From contig DASSCU010000043.1 of assembly GCA_035697485.1 (NCBI GenBank), positions 11,548 to 75,547 of the forward strand: 64,000 nt of DNA. The letters are read 5' to 3'. Position numbers and translations under genes: made by a program. This stretch comes from Actinomycetota bacterium. Lineage in GTDB: Bacteria; Actinomycetota; UBA4738; HRBIN12. Position 1 is the stretch's first letter. Each line of letters begins with the position of its first letter. This document shows positions 28,849 through 40,052 of the stretch, piece by piece. Below the pieces are notes generated by a model. The model saw only the letters and a program-made list of their open reading frames with translations, was not told the origin of the DNA and did not search any database.

Positions 28849-29871
28849 GTGTCCACGCGGGTAGCGCCGACCCCCCACGGGGCGCTCGGACTCACCGACG
28901 AGGACCTCCTGGCGATGTTCCGCCTCGTGCTGACGGCCCGCCTGCTCGACGAGGCGGCCCTGCGCCAGAACCGCATGGGCCGGGCTCCGTTCGTCGTGCC
29001 CGCCGAAGGGCACGAAGGGTGCCAGGTGGGCACGGCATGGGCGATGCGCCGAGGCATCGACGTCTGGTTGCCGTATTACCGCGACGGCGGCGTGGTGCTC
29101 ACCGCCGGCATGACGCCTTACGAGATCTTCCTCGGCATCTTCGCGAAGGCCGACGACCCGTCGAGCGGCGGCCGCCAGATGCCGTCGCATTGGGGGCATC
29201 GCGCGCTCGGCATCATCACCGGCTCCTCCCCGATCGCGACCCAGGTGCCGCACGCGGCCGGCATCGCCTATGCGATCAAGTACCGCAACGAAGACGCCGT
29301 CGTGGCGTCTTGGTTCGGCGACGGAGCGACGAGCGCGGGCGACTGGCACGAGGGGCTGAACTTCGCGGGGATCCACCGCTTGCCGGTGGTCTTCGTCTGC
29401 GAGAACAACCACTACGCGATCAGCGTGCCGCAGTCTAAGCAGATGGCGATCGACGACGTGGCCGACCGGGCCGCGGGGTACGGGTTCCCCGGTGTCGTGG
29501 TCGACGGCAACGACGTGCTCGCCTGCTACGCCGCGATGAAGGAGGCGCACGACCGCGCCCGCGCCGGCGAGGGCCCCACGCTGATCGAATGCAAGACCTA
29601 CCGGTTCCTGGGGCACACGTCCGACGACGACGACAAGACCTACCGCTCGCGGGACGAGGTGGAGGAGGCGCGACATCACGACCCGCTCCACGTGTTCGGC
29701 GAGTACCTACGTTCGCAGGGCCTGCTCGACGACGTCGGTGCCGAGGAGCTGCGCGGCGACGTCAAAGGCGAGATCGACGAAGCCCTCGCAGCCGCTTGGG
29801 ACGCCTCCGACCCGGAGCCCACGTCGGCGCTTCGACACGTGTTCGCCGGCGACGACGAGGACGACCGATGA
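28849..29871 (+). CDS. Second TPP-dependent E1 alpha subunit (acetoin/pyruvate/branched-chain 2-oxoacid dehydrogenase type)
   Basis: GTG 28849 with SD AAGGAAG 8 nt upstream. TPP motif GDGATSAGDWHEGLNFAGIHRLPVVFVCENNHYAIS. Confidence 0.8.
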   Translation: MSTRVAPTPHGALGLTDEDLLAMFRLVLTARLLDEAALRQNRMGRAPFVVPAEGHEGCQVGTAWAMRRGIDVWLPYYRDGGVVLTAGMTPYEIFLGIFAKADDPSSGGRQMPSHWGHRALGIITGSSPIATQVPHAAGIAYAIKYRNEDAVVASWFGDGATSAGDWHEGLNFAGIHRLPVVFVCENNHYAISVPQSKQMAIDDVADRAAGYGFPGVVVDGNDVLACYAAMKEAHDRARAGEGPTLIECKTYRFLGHTSDDDDKTYRSRDEVEEARHHDPLHVFGEYLRSQGLLDDVGAEELRGDVKGEIDEALAAAWDASDPEPTSALRHVFAGDDEDDR

Positions 29872-30857
29872 CCGAGAAGAACGTCGTCACCGCGATCCGC
29901 GATGCCCTGCACGACGAGATGGCCGATGACGACCGGATCGTGCTGCTCGGCGAGGATGTCGGGAACCGGGGCGGCGTCTTCCGCATCAGCGCGGGCTGGA
30001 TGCAGGAGTTCGGGGAGCAGCGCGTGATCGACACGCCGCTCGCGGAATCGGGGCTCGTCGGGGTCGCGATCGGCATGGCGATGCACGGGATGCTGCCGGT
30101 GGCGGAGATCCAATTCGCGGACTTCATCCATCCGGCGTTCGATCAGATCGTGTCGGAAGCCGCCCGCATCCGGTACCGATCGAACGGGGCCTTCTCGTGT
30201 CCCCTCGTGATCCGCGCCCCGTGCGGCGGGGGCATCCACGGGGCGCTCTACCACTCGCAATCGATCGAAGCCTTCTTCGCCCACGTGCCGGGGCTCAAGG
30301 TCGTCATGCCGGCCACACCCGCCGACGCGGCGGGCCTGCTGCGCGCCGCGATCGCCGACCCCGACCCGGTGCTGTTCCTCGAGCACAAGAAGACCTATCG
30401 CGCGATCACCGGCGACGTGCCCGACGAGCGGCATGTCGTGGAGATCGGGCGGGCCGACGTGAAACGCGAGGGCATCGACCTCACGTGCGTCAGCTACGGG
30501 TATGCCCTGCATACGTGCCTCGACGCCGCTGCGCGGCTGCACGAAGACGAGGGCGTCTCGGTCGAGGTCGTCGACGTGCGCTCCCTCGCGCCGCTCGACA
30601 CCGAGACGATCCTGGCGTCGGTGCGCCACACCTCGAAGGCGATCGTCGTGTACGAGGACAATCGGACCTATGGCGCAGGCGCGGAGATCGTGGCCACGAT
30701 CGCCGAGGAGGCCATGTTCGACCTCGACGCGCCGATCGTGCGTGTCGGAGGCCCCGACGTGCCCGCCATGCCGTTCGCAGCGCCGCTCGAACACTTCTTC
30801 ATGGAGCCAGAGCCCGACCAGGTCTACCGGCGCATGCTCGAGCTCGCGCGCGCCTGA
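29868..30857 (+). CDS. Second E1 beta subunit
   Basis: ATGA overlap with the preceding alpha subunit. Conserved E1beta sequence (…EQRVIDTPLAES…). Confidence 0.85.
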   Translation: MTEKNVVTAIRDALHDEMADDDRIVLLGEDVGNRGGVFRISAGWMQEFGEQRVIDTPLAESGLVGVAIGMAMHGMLPVAEIQFADFIHPAFDQIVSEAARIRYRSNGAFSCPLVIRAPCGGGIHGALYHSQSIEAFFAHVPGLKVVMPATPADAAGLLRAAIADPDPVLFLEHKKTYRAITGDVPDERHVVEIGRADVKREGIDLTCVSYGYALHTCLDAAARLHEDEGVSVEVVDVRSLAPLDTETILASVRHTSKAIVVYEDNRTYGAGAEIVATIAEEAMFDLDAPIVRVGGPDVPAMPFAAPLEHFFMEPEPDQVYRRMLELARA

Positions 30858-30929
30858 TCACGCGCTCGGACCCGTCGCATCCACAACCGGTTCAGAGGCC
30901 GTCCGAGCGCGTCGATAACGCCATCGACG

Positions 30930-33900
30930 GTGAACCCGCGCGATCACACGCCCAACCCCGACCGCGAGCGGTCGACGAGCCGGCACGACCTCACGGTCGT
31001 GCTGGGCGCCGTCGCGCTGTTCGCGATCGGGGTCGCCACCGGCGCGTTCCAGGTGATCCACGAATCCCTCGAGACCAGGGCACGAGGACTCGCCGACGCA
31101 GCCTTCGGGGTCCTCATCGTCGGCTGCTGGGCGGGCGGCGTGATCGCGCTGCTGCACCGTCGCCATGCGCGGGTCGAGCAGTCTCGGCGAACCGAGAGCG
31201 AGGCGAAGTACCAGGCCATGGTCGAGCAGGTGCCCGCAGTGGCCTACACGTGGGATCCGGCGCACGAGCCCGGCACCGTTCCGGCCACCTACATCAGCCC
31301 CCAGATCGAGCGCCTGCTCGGCTTCACGACACAGCAATGGATCGAAGATCCCGAGCTGTGGGGCCGCCAGGTCCACGATGGCGACCTCGACCGCGTGCTC
31401 TCGGCCTGGCACGAGGCGGTCGAGGCGGGCGATCGGTTCTCGGTGGAGTACCGCATCCGCACCGCGACCGGCGAGGAGCTGTGGGTCCGCGACGAGGCGA
31501 GCCCGTCTCACGGTCGGGACGGGACGCGATACCGCGGGGTGCTCTACGACGTCACGTCGGAGCACGAAACACAGCAGGCGCTCCGCGCCCTGGAGGAGCG
31601 GTTCCGGCGACTCGTCGAGCAGACACCGGGCATCACCTACATCGAGGACGCGGCGACCGAGGAGACCCTCTACATCAGCCCGCAGGTCGAAGACGTCTAC
31701 GGGTACACGCCTGAGGAGTGGATGGCCGACGCCGGGCTCTGGGCGCGTTCGCTGCACCCCGACGACCGGGCGTGGGTCGTGGCGGACAACGCCGCCGACA
31801 CCGAAGGTGTGTGGAGCGTGGACTACCGGTCCGTCACCAGGGACGGTCACACGATCTGGGTGCACAACGAGGCCGTGTTGATCCGCGACGACGGCGGCGC
31901 GCCGCTCTTCTGGCAGGGGCTCGTGCTCGACATCACCGAGCGCAAGGAGGCCGAGGCAAGGCTGCGCGAGGCCGAGGAACGGTACCGCCGGCTCGTCGAG
32001 CAGCTGCCGGCGGTGGTCTACATCGACGCGGTCGACGAGTTGGCGACCGCGCGATACGTCAGTCCGCAGTACCAGCGCCTCACCGGATACACGCCCGCCG
32101 AACGGATGGCCGACCCCGCGATGTGGATGAGGATGATCCACCCCGACGACCGCGAGCGCGTGGTCGCGGAGTCCAACCGCACGAACGAGACGGGAGAGGC
32201 CTACGACATCGAGCATCGTATCGTCCGCAAGGACGGGCGGGTCGTCTGGGTGCACGACCACGCCTTCCTGGTCCGTTCGGCCGATGGCGACGACGTGTGG
32301 CAGGGCGTGCTCACCGACATCACCGATCGCAAGCTCACGGAGGACGCCCTGACCACGAGGGACCGCATCCTCGAGGCGGCGGGGTACGCGGCGGAGCGCT
32401 TCCTGCGCGCGCCCTCGTGGCGGGATTGCATCGACGACGTGCTCGCCCGGCTCGGTCTCGCCGGTTCGGCCACGCGGGCGGCGGTGTTCGAGAACCTCGA
32501 CCGGCCCTTCGGCCCGCACGCGTCGCTGCGGCACGCATGGGTCGCCGACGACGCACCCACCGCCATCGACCGCCCGTCGTCCGGATCCCACCCCTACGGG
32601 GAGGGCCACGCCCGTTGGGTCGAGACGCTGGGCGCCGGCGATGCGATCCACGGTCCGGTGGCAGACCTCCCCGAGCCCGAACGAAGGACGCTCGCCGACG
32701 CCGGCATCCGGTCCACGATCGTCATGCCGGTGCACGTGCAGGGCGAGTGGTGGGGATACATCTGCTTCGACGAGAGCGACGAGGATCGGGCCTGGCAGCC
32801 CGCCGAGGTCGACGCGATCCGGGTGGTCGCCAACACCCTCGGTGCCGCGATCGAGCGGGAACAGGGCGCCCGGCGCCTCGGCGAGGCCGAGGAGCGCTAT
32901 CGAGCGATCGTGGAGCACGTCCCGGCCGCGATCTACCTCGACCGGGCCGACCGCTCGATGCACACGATCTATGTCAGCCCCCAGGTCGAGGAGATCACTG
33001 GGTTCACGCCCCAGGAATGGATCGACGAACCCGACCTGTGGCTGACGATCATGGCGCCGGAAGACCGTCCCGAGGCGGAGCGCACCTACCTCGCGTCGGT
33101 GACGTCGAAGCAACCATGGAAGGCCGAGTACCGGGTCAACACGCGCGATGGCCGCACGATCTGGTTGCACGACGAGACCACGTTCGTCACCGACGCGGAC
33201 GGAGAACCACTCTTCCTTCAGGGGGTGCTCATGGACATCACCGAGCGGAAGCTCGCGGAGCAGGCCCTGCGGGACTCGGAGCGCCGCGAGCGCGACGCCG
33301 CCGAGCGGCTCCGCGCCCTCGACGAGATGAAGAACACGTTCCTCGCGGCAGTTTCGCACGAGCTCCGGAGCCCGCTCACGTCGATCCTGGGGCTGTCGCT
33401 GACCCTCGAGCGCGCCCCCGGGATGACCCCGAACGACCGTGAGGACCTGCTCGTGCGCCTCGCGTTCAATGCGCGCAAGCTCGACCGGCTGCTGAAGGAT
33501 CTGCTCGACATCGACCGACTCAACCGCGGGATCGTCGAGCCCCAGTACCGGACGGTCGACGTCGCAGCCCTCACGCGTCGGAGCGTCGAAAGCCTCGACA
33601 CGACCGCGGGCCGCGTGATCGAGTTCGACACACCGCCGCTCGTGCTCACGATCGACCCCCCCAAGCTCGAGCGCATCGTCGAGAACCTGGTCGCCAACGC
33701 GGTGCGGCACACCCCGACGACCAGCCGCATCTGGGTCCGACTGGAGCCGGTCGAGGGAGGGGCCCTGCTCAGCGTCGAGGACGACGGTCCAGGCGTACCC
33801 GCCGAGCTCCGCGACGCCGTCTTCGAGCCGTTCCGTCAGGGGCCCACGGCGACGCCACACTCACCCGGGACCGGGATCGGCCTTTCCCTCGTCGCTCGCT

Positions 33901-34058
33901 TCGCGGAGCTGCACAGCGGGCGTGCGTGGGTCGACGAACGCCCCGGCGGCGGTGCCGCGTTCCGCGTCCTCCTGCCGTCGGCTCCCGGCACCGGCCCGAT
34001 GCCGGACCCCTGCCCCGACGAGGACGCCGCCGACACGCAGACGGCCGACGCGGTCTGA
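30930..34058 (+). CDS. Multi-PAS/GAF sensor histidine kinase with N-terminal TM helices
   Basis: Two N-terminal TM segments, at least four PAS-like repeats (recurring YISPQ.E...G.T..EW...W...HPDD), a GAF-like region, H-box SHELRSPLTSILG and an HATPase_c domain (GTGIGLSLV). Confidence 0.85.
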   Translation: MNPRDHTPNPDRERSTSRHDLTVVLGAVALFAIGVATGAFQVIHESLETRARGLADAAFGVLIVGCWAGGVIALLHRRHARVEQSRRTESEAKYQAMVEQVPAVAYTWDPAHEPGTVPATYISPQIERLLGFTTQQWIEDPELWGRQVHDGDLDRVLSAWHEAVEAGDRFSVEYRIRTATGEELWVRDEASPSHGRDGTRYRGVLYDVTSEHETQQALRALEERFRRLVEQTPGITYIEDAATEETLYISPQVEDVYGYTPEEWMADAGLWARSLHPDDRAWVVADNAADTEGVWSVDYRSVTRDGHTIWVHNEAVLIRDDGGAPLFWQGLVLDITERKEAEARLREAEERYRRLVEQLPAVVYIDAVDELATARYVSPQYQRLTGYTPAERMADPAMWMRMIHPDDRERVVAESNRTNETGEAYDIEHRIVRKDGRVVWVHDHAFLVRSADGDDVWQGVLTDITDRKLTEDALTTRDRILEAAGYAAERFLRAPSWRDCIDDVLARLGLAGSATRAAVFENLDRPFGPHASLRHAWVADDAPTAIDRPSSGSHPYGEGHARWVETLGAGDAIHGPVADLPEPERRTLADAGIRSTIVMPVHVQGEWWGYICFDESDEDRAWQPAEVDAIRVVANTLGAAIEREQGARRLGEAEERYRAIVEHVPAAIYLDRADRSMHTIYVSPQVEEITGFTPQEWIDEPDLWLTIMAPEDRPEAERTYLASVTSKQPWKAEYRVNTRDGRTIWLHDETTFVTDADGEPLFLQGVLMDITERKLAEQALRDSERRERDAAERLRALDEMKNTFLAAVSHELRSPLTSILGLSLTLERAPGMTPNDREDLLVRLAFNARKLDRLLKDLLDIDRLNRGIVEPQYRTVDVAALTRRSVESLDTTAGRVIEFDTPPLVLTIDPPKLERIVENLVANAVRHTPTTSRIWVRLEPVEGGALLSVEDDGPGVPAELRDAVFEPFRQGPTATPHSPGTGIGLSLVARFAELHSGRAWVDERPGGGAAFRVLLPSAPGTGPMPDPCPDEDAADTQTADAV

Positions 34059-34066
34059 CCCCCGCG

Positions 34067-35344
34067 CTAACCGTCGTCGGGCCGGTCGGCGTCGAGGTCG
34101 GGCTCGTCGACGAGGCGCTTGCGGACCGCCGCCACCAGCCCTTCCCCTCGCGCCCTCGCACGGCGCCGCTGCTCGTCCATCGCCTGCCTCGCTTCTTCGG
34201 GGTCGATCTCCCGCGTGAGGTCCGCCTCGATCACGTCGTGCCGGTCGAGCGCGCTCGAGACCACGGCCTGCACGATCGCGGCGACGGGCAGCGCGATGAG
34301 CGCCCCGATCAACCCGGCGATGCTGGCTCCGGCGATCGCGCACCCGAACGCGACCGCGGCGTGCAGCTCCATCGTCTTCGCCGTGATGCGCGGGCTGAGC
34401 ACGTAGTTCTCGAGCTGCTGGTACAGGGTGAAGAACACGAGCAGGATCAACGCCTTCCACGGGCTCTCGACGACGGTGACGAGGAGCGGCAAGGCCATCG
34501 CGATGTAGGTGCCCACGGTCGGGATGAACTGGGAGACGAGCCCCATCCATAGCGAGAGCGGAACGGCGAAGGGGATCTCGAGGACCGACAGCACGATGAA
34601 GGTCGCCACACCGGAGACGAGGGCGAGCAAGAGCCGGGAGTACAGGTACGCCCCGGTCTTCTCGATCGCGACCTCCCAGATCCACAGCACGTGCTGCTGG
34701 CGGGCGGGCGGCAGGACCGAGAGCACCGTGCGGCGGAAGCGCGGCCCGTCGGCGGTGAAGTAGAACGTGAACAGCCCAACCGTCAGGAGCATGAAGATCG
34801 CGCCGACCAGCGACGACGCGAACCCGAAGACGTTGCCGGCGATGTTGGTCGCGAACCCCGCGAGGTTGGAGTCGGCGTTCTTGAGTTGATCCTCGATCGT
34901 GGCCTGCGAGATCTCGACGTTGAACCACCGCTCGGTGTATCCGCTGACGTTCGTCAGGATGTCCGGCGCCGCGTCGATCAAGGCTCGCAGTTGGTCGACG
35001 ACCAACGGGATCATCATCCCGACCATCACGATCGAGACGACCGCGATCGCGAACAGGATGGCACCCGTCGCCAGGCCCCGACGCCAGCCCCGCCGTGCGA
35101 GCCAGTCGACCGCCGGCTCGAGCGCGAACGACGCGAACAGGGCCACGAGCACCCAGGTGAGCAGGCTGGAGAGCTGGCGCAACAGCGACGTCGCCGTCAT
35201 CGCGACCAGCCACACCGCGAAGATGACCCCGAGGAGCGTGAGGATCCATCGCCAGGAGGGCGGTTGGATCGTCACCGGGATCGGCCGGCGCTCCTCGGGC
35301 TCGGACGAGCCGTCGCCGGACCTCGGCTCCTGACCAGCGTTCAT
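34067..35344 (-). CDS. AI-2E family (PerM/YhhT, UPF0118) transporter
   Basis: 8-TM profile and overall similarity to AI-2E family permeases, with a Pro/Glu-rich N-terminus. Confidence 0.75.
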   Translation of the reverse strand: MNAGQEPRSGDGSSEPEERRPIPVTIQPPSWRWILTLLGVIFAVWLVAMTATSLLRQLSSLLTWVLVALFASFALEPAVDWLARRGWRRGLATGAILFAIAVVSIVMVGMMIPLVVDQLRALIDAAPDILTNVSGYTERWFNVEISQATIEDQLKNADSNLAGFATNIAGNVFGFASSLVGAIFMLLTVGLFTFYFTADGPRFRRTVLSVLPPARQQHVLWIWEVAIEKTGAYLYSRLLLALVSGVATFIVLSVLEIPFAVPLSLWMGLVSQFIPTVGTYIAMALPLLVTVVESPWKALILLVFFTLYQQLENYVLSPRITAKTMELHAAVAFGCAIAGASIAGLIGALIALPVAAIVQAVVSSALDRHDVIEADLTREIDPEEARQAMDEQRRRARARGEGLVAAVRKRLVDEPDLDADRPDDG

Positions 35345-35416
35345 CGATCCTCCAGCTCCACCGCGACTGCTCCTCGCGCGGAGGATACCCCCGATGCGGG
35401 GCTACACTCGGACGAC

Positions 35417-36394
<978 letters not shown>

Positions 36395-36413
36395 CCGCAG
36401 CCCAACGGCGGAC

Positions 36414-36811
<398 letters not shown>

Positions 36812-36849
36812 GACCGAGGATACCCTCGCCGTAGACTGCGGGCCTGACG

Positions 36850-37725
36850 ATGCGACGGCCGATCGCCCTCCTCATGCTCGGGTCAGTGCTGGTGGCGGCC
36901 TGTTCGAGCTCGCCCGATGGACCGGCAGACCCGGTACCGGCCGCCGAGTTACGCGGCACGCCCGCCCTGCTCCAGGCCCAGGTCCGGGGGGCGACACTCG
37001 GATTCGTCGAGGCTTATCGCGCCACGGTGATCGGGGGCGACGACCTGGAGGCGATCGCGGCCACGCCCTTGATGCGCCGGTTCGCGTACTGGCTCGGCGT
37101 CACGAACGCCGCGTTCCCCGGAGAGATCACCGCCACGTCCGTCGTGAGCGCCGTCGGGCCCGCGACCGTGGTGGGTGCGAACGACCGCGTGCTCGAGGTC
37201 GAACTCGCCGCTCAGGTCGATGTCGCCGCGCAACCGACCGACGGCGGCGACCCGCTCGAGTTCACCGTGCCGCTCGACGGGCCGGTCCGTTTCGCTGCGA
37301 CCGAGCCGGGCGCCTGGCGGGTGATCGATTTCGTCCGGTTCGGGGTGCCCGTGAGCGGGGCGTTCGTGCCGCTCGACCTCCCCTACGAGCGGCCGGGCGT
37401 CCGGATCACGCTCGATTCCTTCGGGGGCGTCCCGACGTGGAGCTTCTTCGTGCGAGTCGCGGCGACCGGCCCCAAGGTGCTCAGCCTCTCCGAATCGGAC
37501 GTCACCCTCGTCGGCCCCGACGGGAGGGTGGTCGGAGAGGCGATCGAGGTCTCTGCTCCCCTGCTCGAGGTCGCTCCCGGCGGTCGCATCGACGGTGCCC
37601 TGTCGTTCGAGCCGCTCGACGACGTCCGGGAGGTTTCTCTGCGCATCGACTTCGACGGCGCCGACGACCCGGAACCACTCGAGATCCCGCTCCGCACGCT
37701 CGTGCAGGCCGACGCCGCCGCCTGA
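36850..37725 (+). CDS. Hypothetical secreted lipoprotein
   Basis: MRRPIALLMLGSVLVAACSSS (signal peptide plus lipobox LVAAC). No recognisable domain. Confidence 0.5.
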   Translation: MRRPIALLMLGSVLVAACSSSPDGPADPVPAAELRGTPALLQAQVRGATLGFVEAYRATVIGGDDLEAIAATPLMRRFAYWLGVTNAAFPGEITATSVVSAVGPATVVGANDRVLEVELAAQVDVAAQPTDGGDPLEFTVPLDGPVRFAATEPGAWRVIDFVRFGVPVSGAFVPLDLPYERPGVRITLDSFGGVPTWSFFVRVAATGPKVLSLSESDVTLVGPDGRVVGEAIEVSAPLLEVAPGGRIDGALSFEPLDDVREVSLRIDFDGADDPEPLEIPLRTLVQADAAA

Positions 37726-37735
37726 ACCCGCCCGT

Positions 37736-38140
37736 TCAGCGGGCCGCGAGCCAGTCGTCGACTCCCTGGTTCGCGAGTCGATCTGCTTCGGCGTTCCGCT
37801 CACGACGCACGTGCTCGAACTCGATCGAGTCGAACGCCGCGGCGAGCTCACGCACCCGCCGATGCAGGGGCTGGAGGTGCGGCGACTTCACCCGGTACCG
37901 GCCGGTGAGCTGGTTGATCAGGAGCTGGGAGTCCGATCGCAACAGCACCGCGGATGCGCCGAGCTCGCGGGCCCGTTCCAGACCCCGGATCACGGCCGTG
38001 TACTCGGCGACGTTGTTCGTGGCCTCGCCGAGACCTTCGGCCACCTCTGCCAGCACGACCCCGCTCGGGTCGGTGATCTGCGCACCTGCGCCCGCCGGGC
38101 CAGGGTTCCCACGGGAGGCCCCGTCGCAGGCGACGATCAC
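37736..38140 (-). CDS. RNase H (RNase HI-like) family protein
   Basis: 134 aa MIVACDGASRGNPGPAGAGA...NNVAEYTAVIRGLE...RSDSQLLINQL... with DEDD-type RNase H catalytic residues in context. Confidence 0.75.
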   Translation of the reverse strand: MIVACDGASRGNPGPAGAGAQITDPSGVVLAEVAEGLGEATNNVAEYTAVIRGLERARELGASAVLLRSDSQLLINQLTGRYRVKSPHLQPLHRRVRELAAAFDSIEFEHVRRERNAEADRLANQGVDDWLAAR

Positions 38141-38841
38141 ACGACCAGGATGCGCCGGCAGTGCTCACACCTCCTGATGCCCTCGGCGCGCTTCACTCGG
38201 TCCAGCTCCACAGCCGAGAGCTGTTCGTGGCAGGCCTGGCACACTCCATCGACGAGCGCCGCCGCCCCGATGCCTTTCTTCAGCCGCCGCAGGTCCTCGT
38301 AGAGCTCGAGCACGTCGGGCTCGATCTCGGGAGCGATCGCCTCGCGCTCCGCGCCGCGCGCGGCGAGATCGGCATCGACGCGAGCGAACTCCTCCTCGGC
38401 CGCGCCGGCGGCCTCCTCCGCCTCGGTCCGTCGCGTGGTCATCTCGCGCTCGGCGACCGCCGCGTCGGCCTCGAGCTGTTCGCGGAGCTCCATCAGGGCT
38501 AGCAGCTCGTCCTCGCGATCGGATCGGCGCTTGCGGATGCTCGCGATCTCGTGCTGCAGCGCCTCGAGCTCCTTGGCGTTCACGATCGACCCGTCGTACA
38601 TACGCGTCTGCTCGGCCTGCTCCTTCTGCGTCATCGAGTCGATCTCGTGTTCGAAGCGCATCTGGTCGCGCCCGAGCTCATCGAGTCGCAGGCGGAGCTC
38701 CCCGAGCCGGGCCTCCGCGGCATCGGCCGTCACACGCACCGCGGCGAGCTCGGTACCCTGCTCGAGCGTCCGGCGACGCGCGCGCAACCGGTCGATCGCG
38801 GTGTCGGCGTCCTGGAGAGCGAGCAGGCGGGGGGTCGTCAT
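38137..38841 (-). CDS. C4-type zinc-ribbon coiled-coil protein (COG1579/DUF164 family)
   Basis: Long coiled-coil followed by CQACHEQL...CEHCRRIL. Its stop overlaps the RNase H start, a pairing commonly conserved in Actinobacteria. Confidence 0.7.
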   Translation of the reverse strand: MTTPRLLALQDADTAIDRLRARRRTLEQGTELAAVRVTADAAEARLGELRLRLDELGRDQMRFEHEIDSMTQKEQAEQTRMYDGSIVNAKELEALQHEIASIRKRRSDREDELLALMELREQLEADAAVAEREMTTRRTEAEEAAGAAEEEFARVDADLAARGAEREAIAPEIEPDVLELYEDLRRLKKGIGAAALVDGVCQACHEQLSAVELDRVKRAEGIRRCEHCRRILVV

Positions 38842-38946
38842 GGCACGCGAAGACTAGCCGATGCCGGCTGCGAGCCTCGAGGCATCGACCGAGCATCCCA
38901 GCGGGTGGATCGACACCGGCGGCCCGCCTCGCCGCCGGTGTCGGCC

Positions 38947-39141
38947 CTACGGAGGAAACTCGACGCTCTCGAACGACGAGTTCGTCGCCTGTCCCAGGAA
39001 CGCCACTGCCGCCACGACCACCATCGCGATCAATGCCAGCATCAACGCGTATTCCACGGCGGTCGCGCCCCGGTCCTCCAGCACCCGGTCGCGGATCGCC
39101 GCTCGCCAGACCTGGGCTTGCGAATACAGCCGCAGGATCAT
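38947..39141 (-). CDS. flp: Flp-family type IVb prepilin (64 aa)
   Basis: MILRLYSQAQVWRAAIRDRVLEDRGATAVEYALMLALIAMVVVAAVAFLG... carries the Flp processing/signature motif G/ATAVEYAL plus a hydrophobic stretch. SD GAAGGGAG lies 7 nt upstream. Confidence 0.65.
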   Translation of the reverse strand: MILRLYSQAQVWRAAIRDRVLEDRGATAVEYALMLALIAMVVVAAVAFLGQATNSSFESVEFPP

Positions 39142-39265
39142 GCGGGAGCTCCCTTCATGTCGGGCGGTCGTGGGGCCGGCCCAATCGCCGGTCAACCCCG
39201 CGGCCGTCTATGAGTCGGTATCGGCTCCGAGGACCTTCGTATTGAGTGCCGGGTAGGCTTCCTTC

Positions 39266-40045
39266 GTGCAGGCCGAAGTGGGCGGACGGGTCGCGCTGGT
39301 CACCGGGGCGGGAAGCCCGACCGGGATCGGATTCGCGTGCGCCACCGTGCTCGCCCGTGAGGGCGCCGCCGTCGCGGTCACCTCGACGACCGATCGGATC
39401 GAGGTGCGGGCGGGTGAGCTGCACGAGATGGGCGCCGAGGCCGCAGGCTTCGTGGCCGACCTCACCGACCGTGAGCAGGCTCGAGCGATGATCGATGCGG
39501 TGCTCGAGCTGTTCGGTCGCATCGACATCGTGGTGAACAACGCGGGCATGGTGAACGTCGGCATGCAGGGCCAGGCCACCGGAGCGTTCTCCGAGATGGA
39601 CGATGCGAGCTGGGACCTCGACCTAACGCTCAACCTGCAGACCGCCTACAACGTCACGCGCCCGGTCGTGCCCGGCATGGTCGAACGAGGGCGGGGCCGC
39701 ATCGTGATGGTCTCGTCCGCGACCGGCCCGGTCGCCGCGATCGCCGGATCGGTCGGGTACGGAGCGGCGAAGGCAGGCATGGACGGACTGATGCGCGGCC
39801 TTGCGCTCGAACTGGGGCCTTCCGGCATCACCGTGAACTCCATCGCTCCGGGCTGGATCGCGACGGGCTCCCAGACGCCCGACGAAGCCGTCGCCGGGCG
39901 GCACACACCGCTCGGCCGTTCGGGCCGCCCCGACGAGGTGGCCGAAGTCGTTGCGTTCCTCGCGAGCGAACGCGCGAGCTACCTCACCGGTCAGTCGATC
40001 GTGGTCGACGGGGGTAACACGATCCAGGAGATGAAGGGCCCGTAG
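39266..40045 (+). CDS. SDR-family oxidoreductase (FabG-like)
   Basis: [10 protein letters not shown] Rossmann motif, NNAG, and catalytic YGAAK. Confidence 0.85.
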   Translation: MQAEVGGRVALVTGAGSPTGIGFACATVLAREGAAVAVTSTTDRIEVRAGELHEMGAEAAGFVADLTDREQARAMIDAVLELFGRIDIVVNNAGMVNVGMQGQATGAFSEMDDASWDLDLTLNLQTAYNVTRPVVPGMVERGRGRIVMVSSATGPVAAIAGSVGYGAAKAGMDGLMRGLALELGPSGITVNSIAPGWIATGSQTPDEAVAGRHTPLGRSGRPDEVAEVVAFLASERASYLTGQSIVVDGGNTIQEMKGP

Positions 40046-40052
40046 CGCCCGG

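Noticed and set aside
34691-35416. Upstream 240-aa extension of the LipA ORF
   Set aside because: It is antisense to the AI-2E permease gene. Its Arg/Glu/Asp low-complexity composition is unlike LipA, and LipA homology starts at ATG 35417.
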